Shown here: positions 49,325 through 61,047 of the stretch, one piece after another
Layout of the letters: each line of letters begins with the position of its first letter
Numbering within the stretch: position 1 is the stretch's first letter
NCBI RefSeq assembly: GCF_009914755.1
Contig: NC_060925.1
Length of the DNA stretch: 64,000 nucleotides
Source: the human T2T-CHM13v2.0 reference genome, Homo sapiens
Reading direction: 5' to 3' (one strand)
Position numbers and translations under genes: made by a program
Notes under the pieces: generated by a model
What the model was told of the DNA's origin: nothing
What the model saw: only the letters and a program-made list of their open reading frames with translations
Database searches by the model: none

Positions 49325-49795
49325 TCAGCTTTAGATTAAAGGTGACTGCAAATTATTTGCCACATTTTCCAATGAAAGGTGGGATCCAATTTTCCTGCCT
49401 TTGAAATTGAGCTGAAACTTCTGGGGCCAGATCACATAAAACATTGCAGATTTCAAGCACATCTATTAAAACACTCTGTGGGAGGCCTGAGCTACAGTTT
49501 AAGAAGTTAGAGTACTCCAAGATCTGGGGAGAAGTTCCATGCTTGTCCTCCCAGTCCATAGTCTCAACAGAGCCCAGTCTTAGAGCCATTTTTCACCAAG
49601 GCACAAGACATATAAATGAAGTAATCCCCCACCTACCATTACAATTTCAGTCAATGACACATCTCACTCAGCTGATTTCTACCTCAATTCCTGACCCTCA
49701 AATGTTAAGCAGTAATAAGATAGAACAAAATGTTATTGTGGTTAAGTTGCTGAGTTTCATAATAATTTGTTCTACAGCAATAGATAATCTGAGCA
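49325..49795 (+). mobile_element. MLT1G/H-type MaLR LTR
   Basis: 'ggtgactgcaaattatttgccac', 'aattcctgaccc', 'tttgttctacagcaatagataa'. Confidence 0.75.
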
Positions 49796-49955
49796 CCCTG
49801 CTCTTGTCTATGGGTCATACATTAACCCACGGGCTCTGTTACTATCCTTATTGTTTTAGGAGGATATAGTGTTAATGTTTCCTTTTTCTCTAATTATCCA
49901 ATTTTATACTGTTTGGCACCATTTTAACATGCTTAATTCTTAAAAACACAGACCC

Positions 49956-50356
49956 TGTGGATCAGGCTTGTTGGACTAAAAAACAGACACCACAATTTTA
50001 GTGGTTTAGTCACATAGAAGTTAACATTTTGCTGATGTGAGCTCCCTGGGAGGGTGTTGAGATTGTCAGGGGCGCTTCACTACATGAGCATTCAGAGACT
50101 CATGCTGATTTCATCTGTGTCTTTTCCATCCCCTGGGACCTCATTATAGTCTGCATCTATCAGACAGAAAAGGAAAGAGTACAGAAAGGGGGCATAAGAA
50201 ATTTTATATACTAGGCACAAAAGTGGAACATCTCAAATCATCTTATAGTCCGCTGGCTAAAACAGAGTCAAATGGCCACTGTAACTGTAAGGGAGCCTAA
50301 AGTATAGCTTACTTGCACAGCCAAGAATAGGAGAAAAGGATTCTATATCTACCACC
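49956..50356 (-). mobile_element. MLT1J/K-type MaLR LTR
   Basis: 'ttagtggtttagtcacatagaagtt', 'ctggctaaaacagagtcaaatggccac...aactgtaagggagcct'. Confidence 0.65.
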
Positions 50357-50542
50357 AGATCAGACTAGTTATTTTGTTGAAATACTCCAAATAACTGTAG
50401 AACATGGGCATTTCAGAACTCTCACATAGCAAATTAGTAAACAATTTTATGAATCCCCACTATTGGATAACTCCATGGAGGAGTGTTCTTATGTTTTCTT
50501 CTTCATTCCCGACCCCCCTCCCCGTTCTCCTTCATCCTCTAG

Positions 50543-50883
<341 letters not shown>

Positions 50884-50986
50884 GGATATTTCTTATAGTA
50901 CCTAGATCATTGTACATAGTCAATATACATTTAATAAAACCAATATTTAATTAATTAGGATTACTTTTCAAAAATAATAGTAGAAT

Positions 50987-53593
50987 TTCTTAGCTTCTTT
51001 GCATTGAGTTAGAACACGCTCCTTTAGCTCAGCAGAGTTTGTTAGTACCAACCTTCTGAAGCCTACTTCTGTCAATTTATAGTTAGCTCCTTTTGTTGAA
51101 TTAATCCCTTTACCATTATGTAATGGCCTTGTCTTTTTTGACCCTTGTTGGTTTAAAGTGTGTTTTGTCAGAGACTAGGATTGCAACCCCTGCTTTTTTT
51201 TTTTTTTTTTTTTTTTGCTTTCCATTTGCTTGGTAAATTTTCCTCCATCTCATTATTTTGAGCCTCTTTGTGTCCTTGCATGTGAGATGGGTCTCCTGAA
51301 TACAGCACATCGATGGGTCTTGAATCTTTATACAATTTGCCAGTCTGTGTCTTTTAACTGGGGCATTTAGTCCATTCACATTTAAGATTATTATTGTTAT
51401 GTGTGAATTTGATCCTGTCATCATGATACTATCCATTTATTTTGCACAAATTCTGGGTTGAGAATTCTTTTCTGTAAGAATGTTGAATATTGGCCCCCAC
51501 TCTCTTTTTGCTTGTAGGTTTTCTGCTGAGAGGTCTGCTGTTAGTCTGATGGGCTTCCCTTTGTAGGTATCCTGGTCTTTCTCTCTGGCTGCATTTAACA
51601 TTTATTTCTTCATTTTGACCTTGGAAAATCTGACAATTATGTGTCTTGGGGTTGATCTTCTCATGGACTATCTTACTGGTGTTCTCTGTATTTCCTGAAT
51701 TTGAATGTTGGCCTGTCTTGCTAAGTTGCGGAATTTTTCCTGGATAATATCTTGAAGTGTGTTTTCCAGCTTGGTTCCATTCTCTCTGTCTTTTTCAGGT
51801 ACTCCAATCAATCATAGGTTCAGTCTTTTTACATAGTCCCATATTTTTCAGATGTTTTGTTCATTCCTTTTCATTCTTTTTTTCTGTAATCTTATCAGCA
51901 TGCCTTTTTTTCAGCAAGAGGATCTTCAAAATCTGACATCCTTTCTTCTGCTTGGTTGATTCACCTATTGATACTTGTGTATGCTTAACGAAGTTCACGT
52001 GCTATGTTTTTCAGCTCCGTTCGGTCATTTATGTTCCTCTCCAGCCTGGTTATTCTAGTTAGCCGCGCCTGTAACCTTTTATCAGGATTCTTAGCTTCTT
52101 TGCATTGGGTTAGAACATGCTCCTTTAGCTCAGCAGAGTTTGTTATTACCAACTTTCTGAAGCCTACTTCTGCCAATTCATCCATCTCATCCTCTGTCCA
52201 GTGCTGCATCCTTGCCGGAGAGGCATTGCAATCATTTGGAAGAGTAGAGGCACTCTGGCTTTTTGGGTTTTCAGCATTTTTTTGTTGATTCTTTCTCATC
52301 TTCATGAATTTCTCTAGCATCGATCTTTGAGACTGCTGACCCTTGGATGGGGTTTTTGTGGGGACTTTTTTCGTTGATGCTGTTGTTGCTTTCTGTTTAT
52401 TTTTCTTTCAATGCTCAGGACCCTCTGTTGTAGGGCTGCTGTGGTTTGCTGGGGGGTTCACTTCAGGCCCTATTCATCTGGTTTGCTCCAGCACCTGGAG
52501 AGATCACTCCAGGAGTCTGGAGAACAGCAAAGATGGGTGCCTGCTTCTTCCTCTGGGTTCTCTGACCTCAAGAGGCACCGACCTGATGCCAGTAGAAATG
52601 CTCCTGTATGGAGTGTCTGAAAACCCCTGTTGGAGGGTCTCACCCAGTTGGGTGGCACAGGGAGCAGGACCCATTTAATAAAGTACTTTGACTGTCCCTT
52701 GGTGGAGGGGGTGTGCTTCACTGGGGGGAAACCCCCTTGTCTGGGCTGCCTGGATTTCTCAGAATCAGCAGGAGGAAACACTTACCCTGCTGGTCTGCTG
52801 AGACTGCAACCACTCCTCCCCCAGGGGCTCAGGCCCAGGGAGATCAAAGTTCTGTCTCTGAGCCCCTGGCTGGAGTTGTTGAAGTTCCTGCAAGGCCCCA
52901 CCCAGTGAGGACAGATGGGTTAAGGTCAGGCCTGAAGAGGCACTCTGTCCACAGTCTGCCTCAGCTGGTGTGTTGGGCTGTGGGGGATACCTCTGGGACC
53001 AGGCCATCCAGCTTCCTACTCCAGCAGAGGAAAAGTGTGGCCTGGAGCTATAGAGATGGCTGCTGCCCTTCCACTACCCTGGGAGCTTAGTGTGTTAGGA
53101 GACTGTCAGTCCCAGTGTTGGCTGTTTTCCCTCCCTCAAGGAGATCAAATGGCTTAGACAGCAGGTAGCCGCAGCTGTGGTGCTGGTCGGGGCAGGCTCA
53201 AGCAGATTCTAGCTTAGTGGCTGTTGAGAATTGGCGTGGCTCTGTGGTTGGGACTCTCAGTCCCCGTGTCGTGGGTTCATGAGTGGGATCTTTCAATCTG
53301 CAGGTTGCACAGTTCTGTGGAAAAAGCACGTTTTCCCAGGCTGGGTCGCACACTCGCTCAATGCCTCCCTTGGCTTGGGGGTGGAGGCTCCCCTGTGCCA
53401 TGTGGCTCTCAGGTGGTCTGCCATACCACACTGCTCTTCCTTCCACTCCGTGGGGCATGCCAGCTGCCTAGTCAGTTGTGATGACAGAACCCGGATGCCC
53501 TGTTTGCCAGTGCAGGATTCGCACACGTTATGGTTCTTTTCCATGGAGCCTCTGATCACGCTGCTTCTAGTTGGCCATCTTGGCCCCACCCCC
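50987..53593 (-). mobile_element. Primate L1 (about L1PA8-11) 5' half: 5'UTR, ORF1 with a C-terminal deletion, and ORF2 endonuclease start; 3'-truncated
   Basis: Minus start gggggtggggccaagatggccaactagaagc; ORF 51985-52320 is ORF1p N-terminus/coiled coil; ORF 51116-51436 is the endonuclease (MTGSNSHITIIILNVNGLNAP...CCIQETHL). Confidence 0.95.
53573..53585 (-). promoter_or_regulatory. YY1 motif of the L1 5'UTR internal promoter
   Basis: ggccaagatggcc on the minus strand at the L1 5' end; activity not shown. Confidence 0.55.
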
Positions 53594-53619
53594 GGTATTC
53601 TCATATTAGAAGAGCGCTT

Positions 53620-55490
53620 AATATAGTTCGTAGCACAAGGAGAAAATCATGTTAATCTTCACAGATACTACAAAAGCACTTGTTAAAATTTAACAATAAA
53701 TCTTGATTTAAAAATGTCTTCAATAAAATAAGAATAAGATTTTTTTTATATATGACAAAACTGGCCCATCTATATCTCAGTGTGTATGCATATGTTTGCT
53801 CCAAAACCTGGCATCATGCTTAGCGGGAAAAAGACTAGAAATAGTCCTTCTAAAGTTCTGTTAAACTCAGGAACAAAACCAATGTGCCCTCTAATGTGTT
53901 ATAAAAGATACTAGCCAATTATATTACAGTGTAATTATACAAGAGAAAGGAATAATCAATATCAAAATACGAATAGTGAAGACAAAAAAATCTTCTATTT
54001 ACAGATGATAATATTGGGGGTTTTCTCGTTTGTTTTTTAGAGGGGTTCTTGCTATGTTGCCCAGGGTGGTCTCAAACTCCTTAGCTCAAATGATCCTCCT
54101 GCCTCAGCTTTCCCAGCAGCTGGGTGCACCTACCCTGCACGGCTCAGAGGAGTATATTTTTTAAATGAAAAAATATAAAATGATCAACTCAACAACTTCT
54201 ATAAAACAAGAGGATTCAGTAAGTACACTGATGGAAAAATCAGTGTGCAGAAATTGATATCTTTCATATATACAAATAACAACCAGTGAGAAGATGTAAT
54301 GGGAAAGATTTAAAATCACTTTAAATAACATCAACAAGAAATTCCTAGGGATAAAATTTAAGGATCTGATATCAAACTGCTACAGAAAAAAATACTACAG
54401 CACCCTTAAAGGACACAGAATAAGACTTGAACAAATGGAAAGGCATCTTTTGTTTGAATAGGTAGATTCAAAATAATAAAGTTAATTCTTAAATTACTTT
54501 ATAATTTAATGTGGTCTCCATAATACTTTGAGACCTTTTATTCTGGAATTACACAAAGTTATTATTCTAAAATACAGAAGAATATCTAGGAGAACTCAAT
54601 ATTAAAGCATATTCTAAAAGCCATGTAAATTAAAACAATGATGTACTGGTAAATGAATACACAACCTTCTAATTTTGCAAAGTAGAAAGTTCTTAAATAG
54701 ATCTACATGTATTTGTGAATTTAGAATGTAAAGACATCATCTTACATTTGCAAGATAAAGATAAGCTTTTTAGTAAATGCCATGGTAAACAAATAAATAT
54801 AAATGGCTCATAAATACATATGAACCTCAGTCATAATAAGAGAAATGCAAATTAATGCTAAATCAAAATATTTCTCACCTTCCAAAATTGATAAAACATC
54901 AAAAGTGTGACAACAACACACTTTGTTGGTGAGACTTTAACAATGATCAAAATTCCAAAGAAAAATATCTCCCTTTGACAAAATGCTTTTATGTTTCTGA
55001 GTATCTATACCCATATCTATATCGGTACACTTATAAAATGTCCCCACTTATAAAATGTCCACAATTGTTCATTTAACTCTTTTCTTTTGCAGTAACAAAA
55101 AACTGCAAGTAATTCTAGCTTTCCTCTATAGGAGATTGATTAAATAAACTGTGAAATGCCCGCAAAATATAGTACTGTATAATTACTTAAAATAAATACT
55201 TCGGAGGGTCTCTAAGTGCTGATATGAATCATTTTAAGTGAAAAGCAAGATGCTGGCCTGTGGAATTATCAAAATTCACATCTACATCTATATGTATTGA
55301 TATATGTATACAGGAAACCTTTATATGTGCAATAAAAAATAAGACTACAAACTCATATATACTTTTATTTCTAGACAATAATATACAAGAAATTTCTCTA
55401 AGAGGAGAGAAAGGAGAGAGATCATGGCAGATGGGACAGAGGTAGGAACAAGATTTTACACTCTATATATTTTGTATAATTTTGATCTAT
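53620..55490 (+). mobile_element. Old L1ME ORF2/3' fragments
   Basis: 'aaaagcacttgttaaaatt', 'tatttacagatgata', 'agacttgaacaaatggaaaggcat', 'agaaatgcaaattaa'. Confidence 0.75.
54016..54144 (-). mobile_element. FLAM
   Basis: 'cttgctatgttgcccagggtggtctcaaactccttagctcaaatgatcctcctgcctcagc'; degenerate TSD cagatgataatatt/cagaggagtatatt. Confidence 0.85.
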
Positions 55491-57377
55491 GTACATATAA
55501 TCAGCTCATATGCGAACCTACATCTGGCTCTTCTTTTAGACAGTTGTTTATTATGTATGTTTGTATGTCTCAATTTTTCTAGCAAACTAGGGGGGCTAGT
55601 TTGGTGAGTGGTAGAATTTCAAATGACTGTTGAGAAAGGGACATTATTGTAGTCTTGCTAAAAAGGTGACTTTGAAGTAATAAAACATTTCCTCTTTTGC
55701 TATCTTTTAAAATCTTTGTTCACCAAACATCTTTAAATTCTTTAACAAATTGATTTCATATTCAGAGATTAGGTCATTATAAAACAAAATACAAACCAAA
55801 AAAACCCTCACATAATGATAAGAAAAACAAAATTTAATATTATGACTTCTTTGGTGAATTATTAGTTTAAAGAGTATATTAAATATATCTGGCAGTAAAA
55901 AGCATGCAACTTTGCCAACTATAAAATATTATATATCAACAATGTTCAATATTTCAACTTCATATGAAGTTGAGCATTTTGTATATTTTGTTATCTTGTC
56001 TAAATAAAACAATATACAGTATATATAACCTATTAAGGTGGTATTTGTAGTTCCTTATCCAAAAATGTACATCTCTGAGTAATGTATTCTGAGATACAAA
56101 ATACATCAAACACATTTTGATTGCTCATTGCTGACATTTTACCTTAACAAACAACAGGAAGAAGGAGGATTCTTTTAAACACTCTTCACATGAATGTATG
56201 TTTCATTTTAAAATAGAATTGAACATATTTTTATCTGTATTGTTTTGAACTGTTTGAGAATATGTATGAATAGTAGACCTAGAGTTCATATTACATCTGA
56301 GTTTTGAACAAAGCTAGGTGCCAGAATGTTCAATTTGATATTCTTTAGCTGGGAAGCCCCTTATACCTGATTTTCTCATTTTTTTCTAGACCTCATACAG
56401 ATTTGTTGAATTGCAACATTATGGGAGGTGCAAGTCACATTTTTGGAAGAACAAGTCACATTATGTTGGAATATATTTCTACAAGTTATTAGGTATTATT
56501 TTTATTTAAGAGTTCTAAAACATAAACTATTTTTTCAAATCATTTTCCTTAGTGTATTAATTTATTATCTTAGTAAATATGTATTAAGAACTTTGTATGG
56601 TGCAGAATTCCATATTATACCTTTAGTTAGTTTACAATGTCTTTGAAGTGAATAAAATTTGAATCAGTGACATGATGTACTCAGTAATTTTGAATATGCA
56701 GGTGTTATTATTTTTATTTGATATACAAACTAAAGTGAAATTCTGACCAAACTTAAGCCATGGTAACTAAGCATGTATTATATTATAGAAGATGATGTGA
56801 AGTGTTCTGGGAGTACAAAGAATAGATTAATCAATGAGACTATAAGTACTTAATAGGAACCTTTTAATATAAGTAAAATGAACCGAGCTTTAAGGGGCAA
56901 AAAACTTCATACTCTTCAAGGAGTCTCCGTATTTTCTTTCAATGGCTCCTGCCTGCCATTTCTCCAGCTATTCATCTAGATACCTTTTCTCATGTCCCCT
57001 TACTTAAGAAATAACCCAACCAGATGGATCTGAAAATCATTATTTAGCTTAAACAGAACACTTAGTAAGATTTTCTATATTTTATTGTATAACATTATGT
57101 AGCAAAGGTATCTTGGATATTCAATTTAAATCACAATGTATACATTGTGATTAAGTATTCAATAGTCTCTATAAGTTTTAAATGCCATGTAATTCTAGCT
57201 GACTATTACCCCTCTAAGCCCTAATCCTTCTTGGGCTCATTTCTATATTTATTTATATTCATTTGTTATCAACTAATTATGCATGCATTCCCCAGCTTTC
57301 CTAAGGTATACCCTGCAGCTTTTATGTCTTCCACTATGAATTGTCCTTGAAACAGCCAAACACACCACACTTCTTTT

Positions 57378-57765
57378 ATATTTTGGTTGAGATTCTAGCT
57401 ATCCATCAAAACCTGTTTCCATTTCTTCTACACGCAAACCTGAACGATGTTTCTCCGTCTCCTTTGCAGTTAGATGCAGCTACATCGGTGATTTCTAATC
57501 AATACTTTGTGAACAAAACTGCATTGTGCCACTCTCAGGTCTATTTCTAAATCTGTCCAGTATGTGCGTCTCCATTTCTATCTTTCTTCAGGTGGACTGA
57601 GTTGGAAAAAACTCATAAGTGACCAAGAGCATACACGTTGAAGATCCAGAGTTCCAGTAAATCTGGGACTATCCTGATCTTTTACATAGTAAAGAAAAAT
57701 GCTTCTATATATTGAATGATTTTTAATGGACCGACATGTTTAGGTCTATACAAGAACTAATATAC
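57378..57765 (+). mobile_element. Old MLT1 (J-type) LTR
   Basis: 'tctcctttgcagttagatgcagctacat', 'gtgccactctcagg', ends 'aactaatata'. Confidence 0.55.
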
Positions 57766-58812
57766 ACATAATCCTTAATATTTGTTGAAAAGATAACTTC
57801 CTATGTCTGTTGCATAATCAAGAAAACATAATCAACTTCCGTTATTTGGTACAACGACATATTTAGTGTCAGTGCAGTCTGCCTTATCCTAACAATATAC
57901 AAATGGACAAATACAAATATTGTTGCAAACTTAACTTTTGTTATCTAAGTTCCTTGGTGATACCCCAAGGATCTTTGAATTGTTTCACTGTGCAGTTCTG
58001 GCTTATTTATCTACAGCTTCCTAAGTGTGGTAGAAAAATCCATTTCTTTGGAATCTGTATTTTGTGGTGGAGTTTGATAATCATTCCCTGAAGCTTAGCT
58101 TAGAAAATGATTTTTTCAGTCCACTCCTTCTTTTGTCTTATTTAATCCCTTTAGCTCAAAAGAGTAGATTCCCTTGGCTACAAATAAGAGTTATTTCCAA
58201 TTACAGTGACCTATGTAGACTCACTATCCAGCTCACTCTCTTCCATGTTCTTCACAACTCTCTGGACCACACCTCTGCTTCTCCTGTCCCCAAGGTTTAT
58301 TTTGATGTTAGTCATCGTAAATCACAGTAGACACTAGGGAGACATGAGGCAGTTGGCTGAGAGGGGACTCATCACTGTGGATGCTGTTCATTAAGCCAGG
58401 GTTTACTGCATTCGTGTTTTGCTCTATTTTGTCCAGAATGAACTCATACTTCAAAACTTTTCATCTTTTTCCTATGCACTAGTTTCTCTTATTAAAAGAG
58501 TCATTTGTTTTCAAAAGGCACATGTTCAAAATTAGAGAAAATATTTTAAAATTTAATAGTTTGTGGAAACATCATTGAACTGCTATTTGTTTTCTCCTAA
58601 TATTTAGAAATGCAGAATTGTATTGTTTATGGAAAAATAAGCTTCCCAAAGACAAATTCACACACACACAAACATACACACACACACAGTAATATCTTGA
58701 AGATACGCAAGACTGTCTTGCTGCCTTTTGTCTTAAATCTTCTTATTAAATAAATAGCACTTGGTTTCTGACAATAGCATTGGGAAGTTTTTATACTAAA
58801 GGTAAAAGTGGA

Positions 58813-60295
58813 GCAAATCAAGAAATGTAATCTATCACATAAACAGAACCAATGGCAAAAACCACATCTCAATAGATGAAGAAAAGGCCTTCAATAAAAT
58901 TCAATATACCTTCATGTTAAAAACTCACAATAAACTAGGTATTGATGAAACATTTCCCAAAATAATAAGAGCTTTATGACAAACCCACAGCCAATATAAT
59001 ATTGAATGGGCAAAAGCTGGAAGCATCCCCTTGGAAAACCGGTGCAAGACAAAGAAGCCCTCTCTCACCACTCCTATTCAATATAGTATTAGAAATTCTG
59101 GCCAGACTAATCAGGCAAGAGAAAGACGTAAAAGTATTCAAATAGGAAGAGAGGAAGTCAAGTTGTCTCTGTTTGCTGACGACATAATTTTCTATTTAGA
59201 AAAACCCAGCATCTCAGCCCCAAAATTTCTTGAACTGGTAAGCAACTTCAACAAAGTATCAGGAAACAAAATCAAAATTTTGTGTAAAATTCACAAGCAT
59301 TACTTTACAACAACAACAGGCCCGCAGAGAGCCAAATCATGAATGAACTCCCAATCACAATCCCTACAAAGAGAATAAAATACCTAGGAATACAGCTAAC
59401 AAGGGATGTGAAGGATCTCTTCAAGGAGAACTACAAACCACTGCTCAAGGAAATACGATAGGACACAAACAAATAGAAAGACATTGCATCCTCATGTACA
59501 GGAATAATCAATATTGTCAAAATGTCCATACTGCCCAGAGTAATTTATAGATTCAATGCTGTTCCCGTGAAACTACCATTGACATTCTCCACAGAATTAG
59601 AAAAAAAAAACTGTTTTAAATTTCATATAGAATCGAAGAAGACTCTGCATAGCCAAGACAATCCTAAGCAAAAAGAACAAAACTGGAGGCATCACGCTAC
59701 CTGACTTCAAACTATACTACAAGGCTACAGTAACCCAAACAGCATGGCACTGGTACCAAAACAGACATATAGGCCAATGGAGCAGAACAGAGATCTCAGA
59801 AATAACACCTCACATCTACAACTATCTGATCTTTGGCAAACTGGACAAAAACAAGCAGTGGGTAAAGGATCTCTTATTCAGTAAATGGTGCTAGCCATAT
59901 GTAGAAAATTGAAACTGGACTCCTTCCTTACACATCTTATAGAAAAACTAACTCAAGATGAACTAAAGACTTAAATGTAAATCCCAAAACCATAAAAACC
60001 CTAGAAAAAAACCTATGCAATACCATTCAGGACATAGGCATGGGCAAAGACTTCATGACAAAAACTCCAGAATCAATTGCAACAAAAGCCATAATTGACA
60101 ATTAGGATCTGATTAAACTAAAGAGCTGCTGCACAGCAAAAGAAACTACCATCAGAGTGAACAGGAAACATACAGAATGGGAGAAAACGTTTTCAATCTA
60201 CCCATGTGACAAAGGTCTAATACCCAGAATTTACAAGGAACTTAAACATATTTACAAGAAAGAAACAAACAACCCCATCAAAAAGTGGGCAAAGG
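58813..60295 (+). mobile_element. Primate L1 (L1P3-type) ORF2 fragment, 5'-truncated and interrupted by a younger L1
   Basis: Frameshifted RT core (ORF 59031-59342 contains [15 protein letters not shown]); runs to 'aaaagtgggcaaagg'. Confidence 0.93.
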
Positions 60296-61047
60296 TTTGT
60301 AGTTCTCTTGAAGAGGTCTTTCACATCCCTTGTAAGTTGTATTCCTAGGTATTTTATTCTCTTTGTAGCAATTGTGAATGGGAGTTCACTCATGATTTGG
60401 CTCTCTGTTTGTCTGTTATTGGTGTATAGGAATGCTTGTGATTTTTGCACATTGATTTTGTATCCTGAGACTGTGCCGAAGTTCCCTATCATCTTAAGGA
60501 GATTTGGGGCTGAGACAGTGGGGTTTTCTAAATATACAATCATGTCATCTGCAAACAGAAGCAATTTGATTTCCTCTTTTCGTAATTGAAAACTCTTTAT
60601 TTCTTTCTCTTGCCTGACTGCCCTGGCCAGAACTTCCAATACTATGTTGAATAGGAGTGGTGAGAGAGGGCACCCTTGTCTTGTGCCAGTTTTCAAAGGT
60701 AATGCTTCCAGCTTTTGCCCATTCAGTATGATATTGGCTGTTGGTTTGTCATAAATAGCTCTTATTATTTTGAGATATGATTCATCAATACCTAGTCTAT
60801 TGAGAGTTTTTAGCATGAAGGGGTGTTGAATTTTGTCAAAGGCCTTTTCTGCATCTATTGAGATATACATGTGGTTTTTCTCTTTGATTCTGTTTATGCG
60901 ACAAATTATGTTTATTGATTTCCATATATTGAACCAGCCTTGCATCCCAGGTATGAAGCCAACTTGATCGTGGTGGATAAGCTTTTTGATGTGCTGATGG
61001 ATTCGGTTTGTCAGTATTTTATTGAGGATTTTCACATCAATGTTCAT
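60217..61047 (-). pseudogene. L1 ORF2 reverse-transcriptase core remnant (276 aa; last ~25 aa are chimeric read-through)
   Basis: [57 protein letters not shown]. Confidence 0.95.

Noticed and set aside
49444-49869. 141-aa plus-strand ORF
   Set aside because: Lies within an MLT1 LTR, starts at a non-ATG codon and has no recognisable domain
50987-60295. The 5' L1 half (minus) and the 58813 L1 (plus) as one element broken by a ~7.8-kb inversion
   Set aside because: Geometry and age are compatible, but ~1.4 kb of ORF2 would be missing and 58813 is preceded by an endonuclease-like target (aaaggtaaaagtggag), favouring an independent 5'-truncated insertion; the deciding TSD lies beyond the window
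60217-61047. RT ORF as part of a novel retron/DGR-like system
   Set aside because: Motifs are canonical L1 ORF2 within continuous L1 sequence; no ncRNA, template/variable repeat or accessory gene
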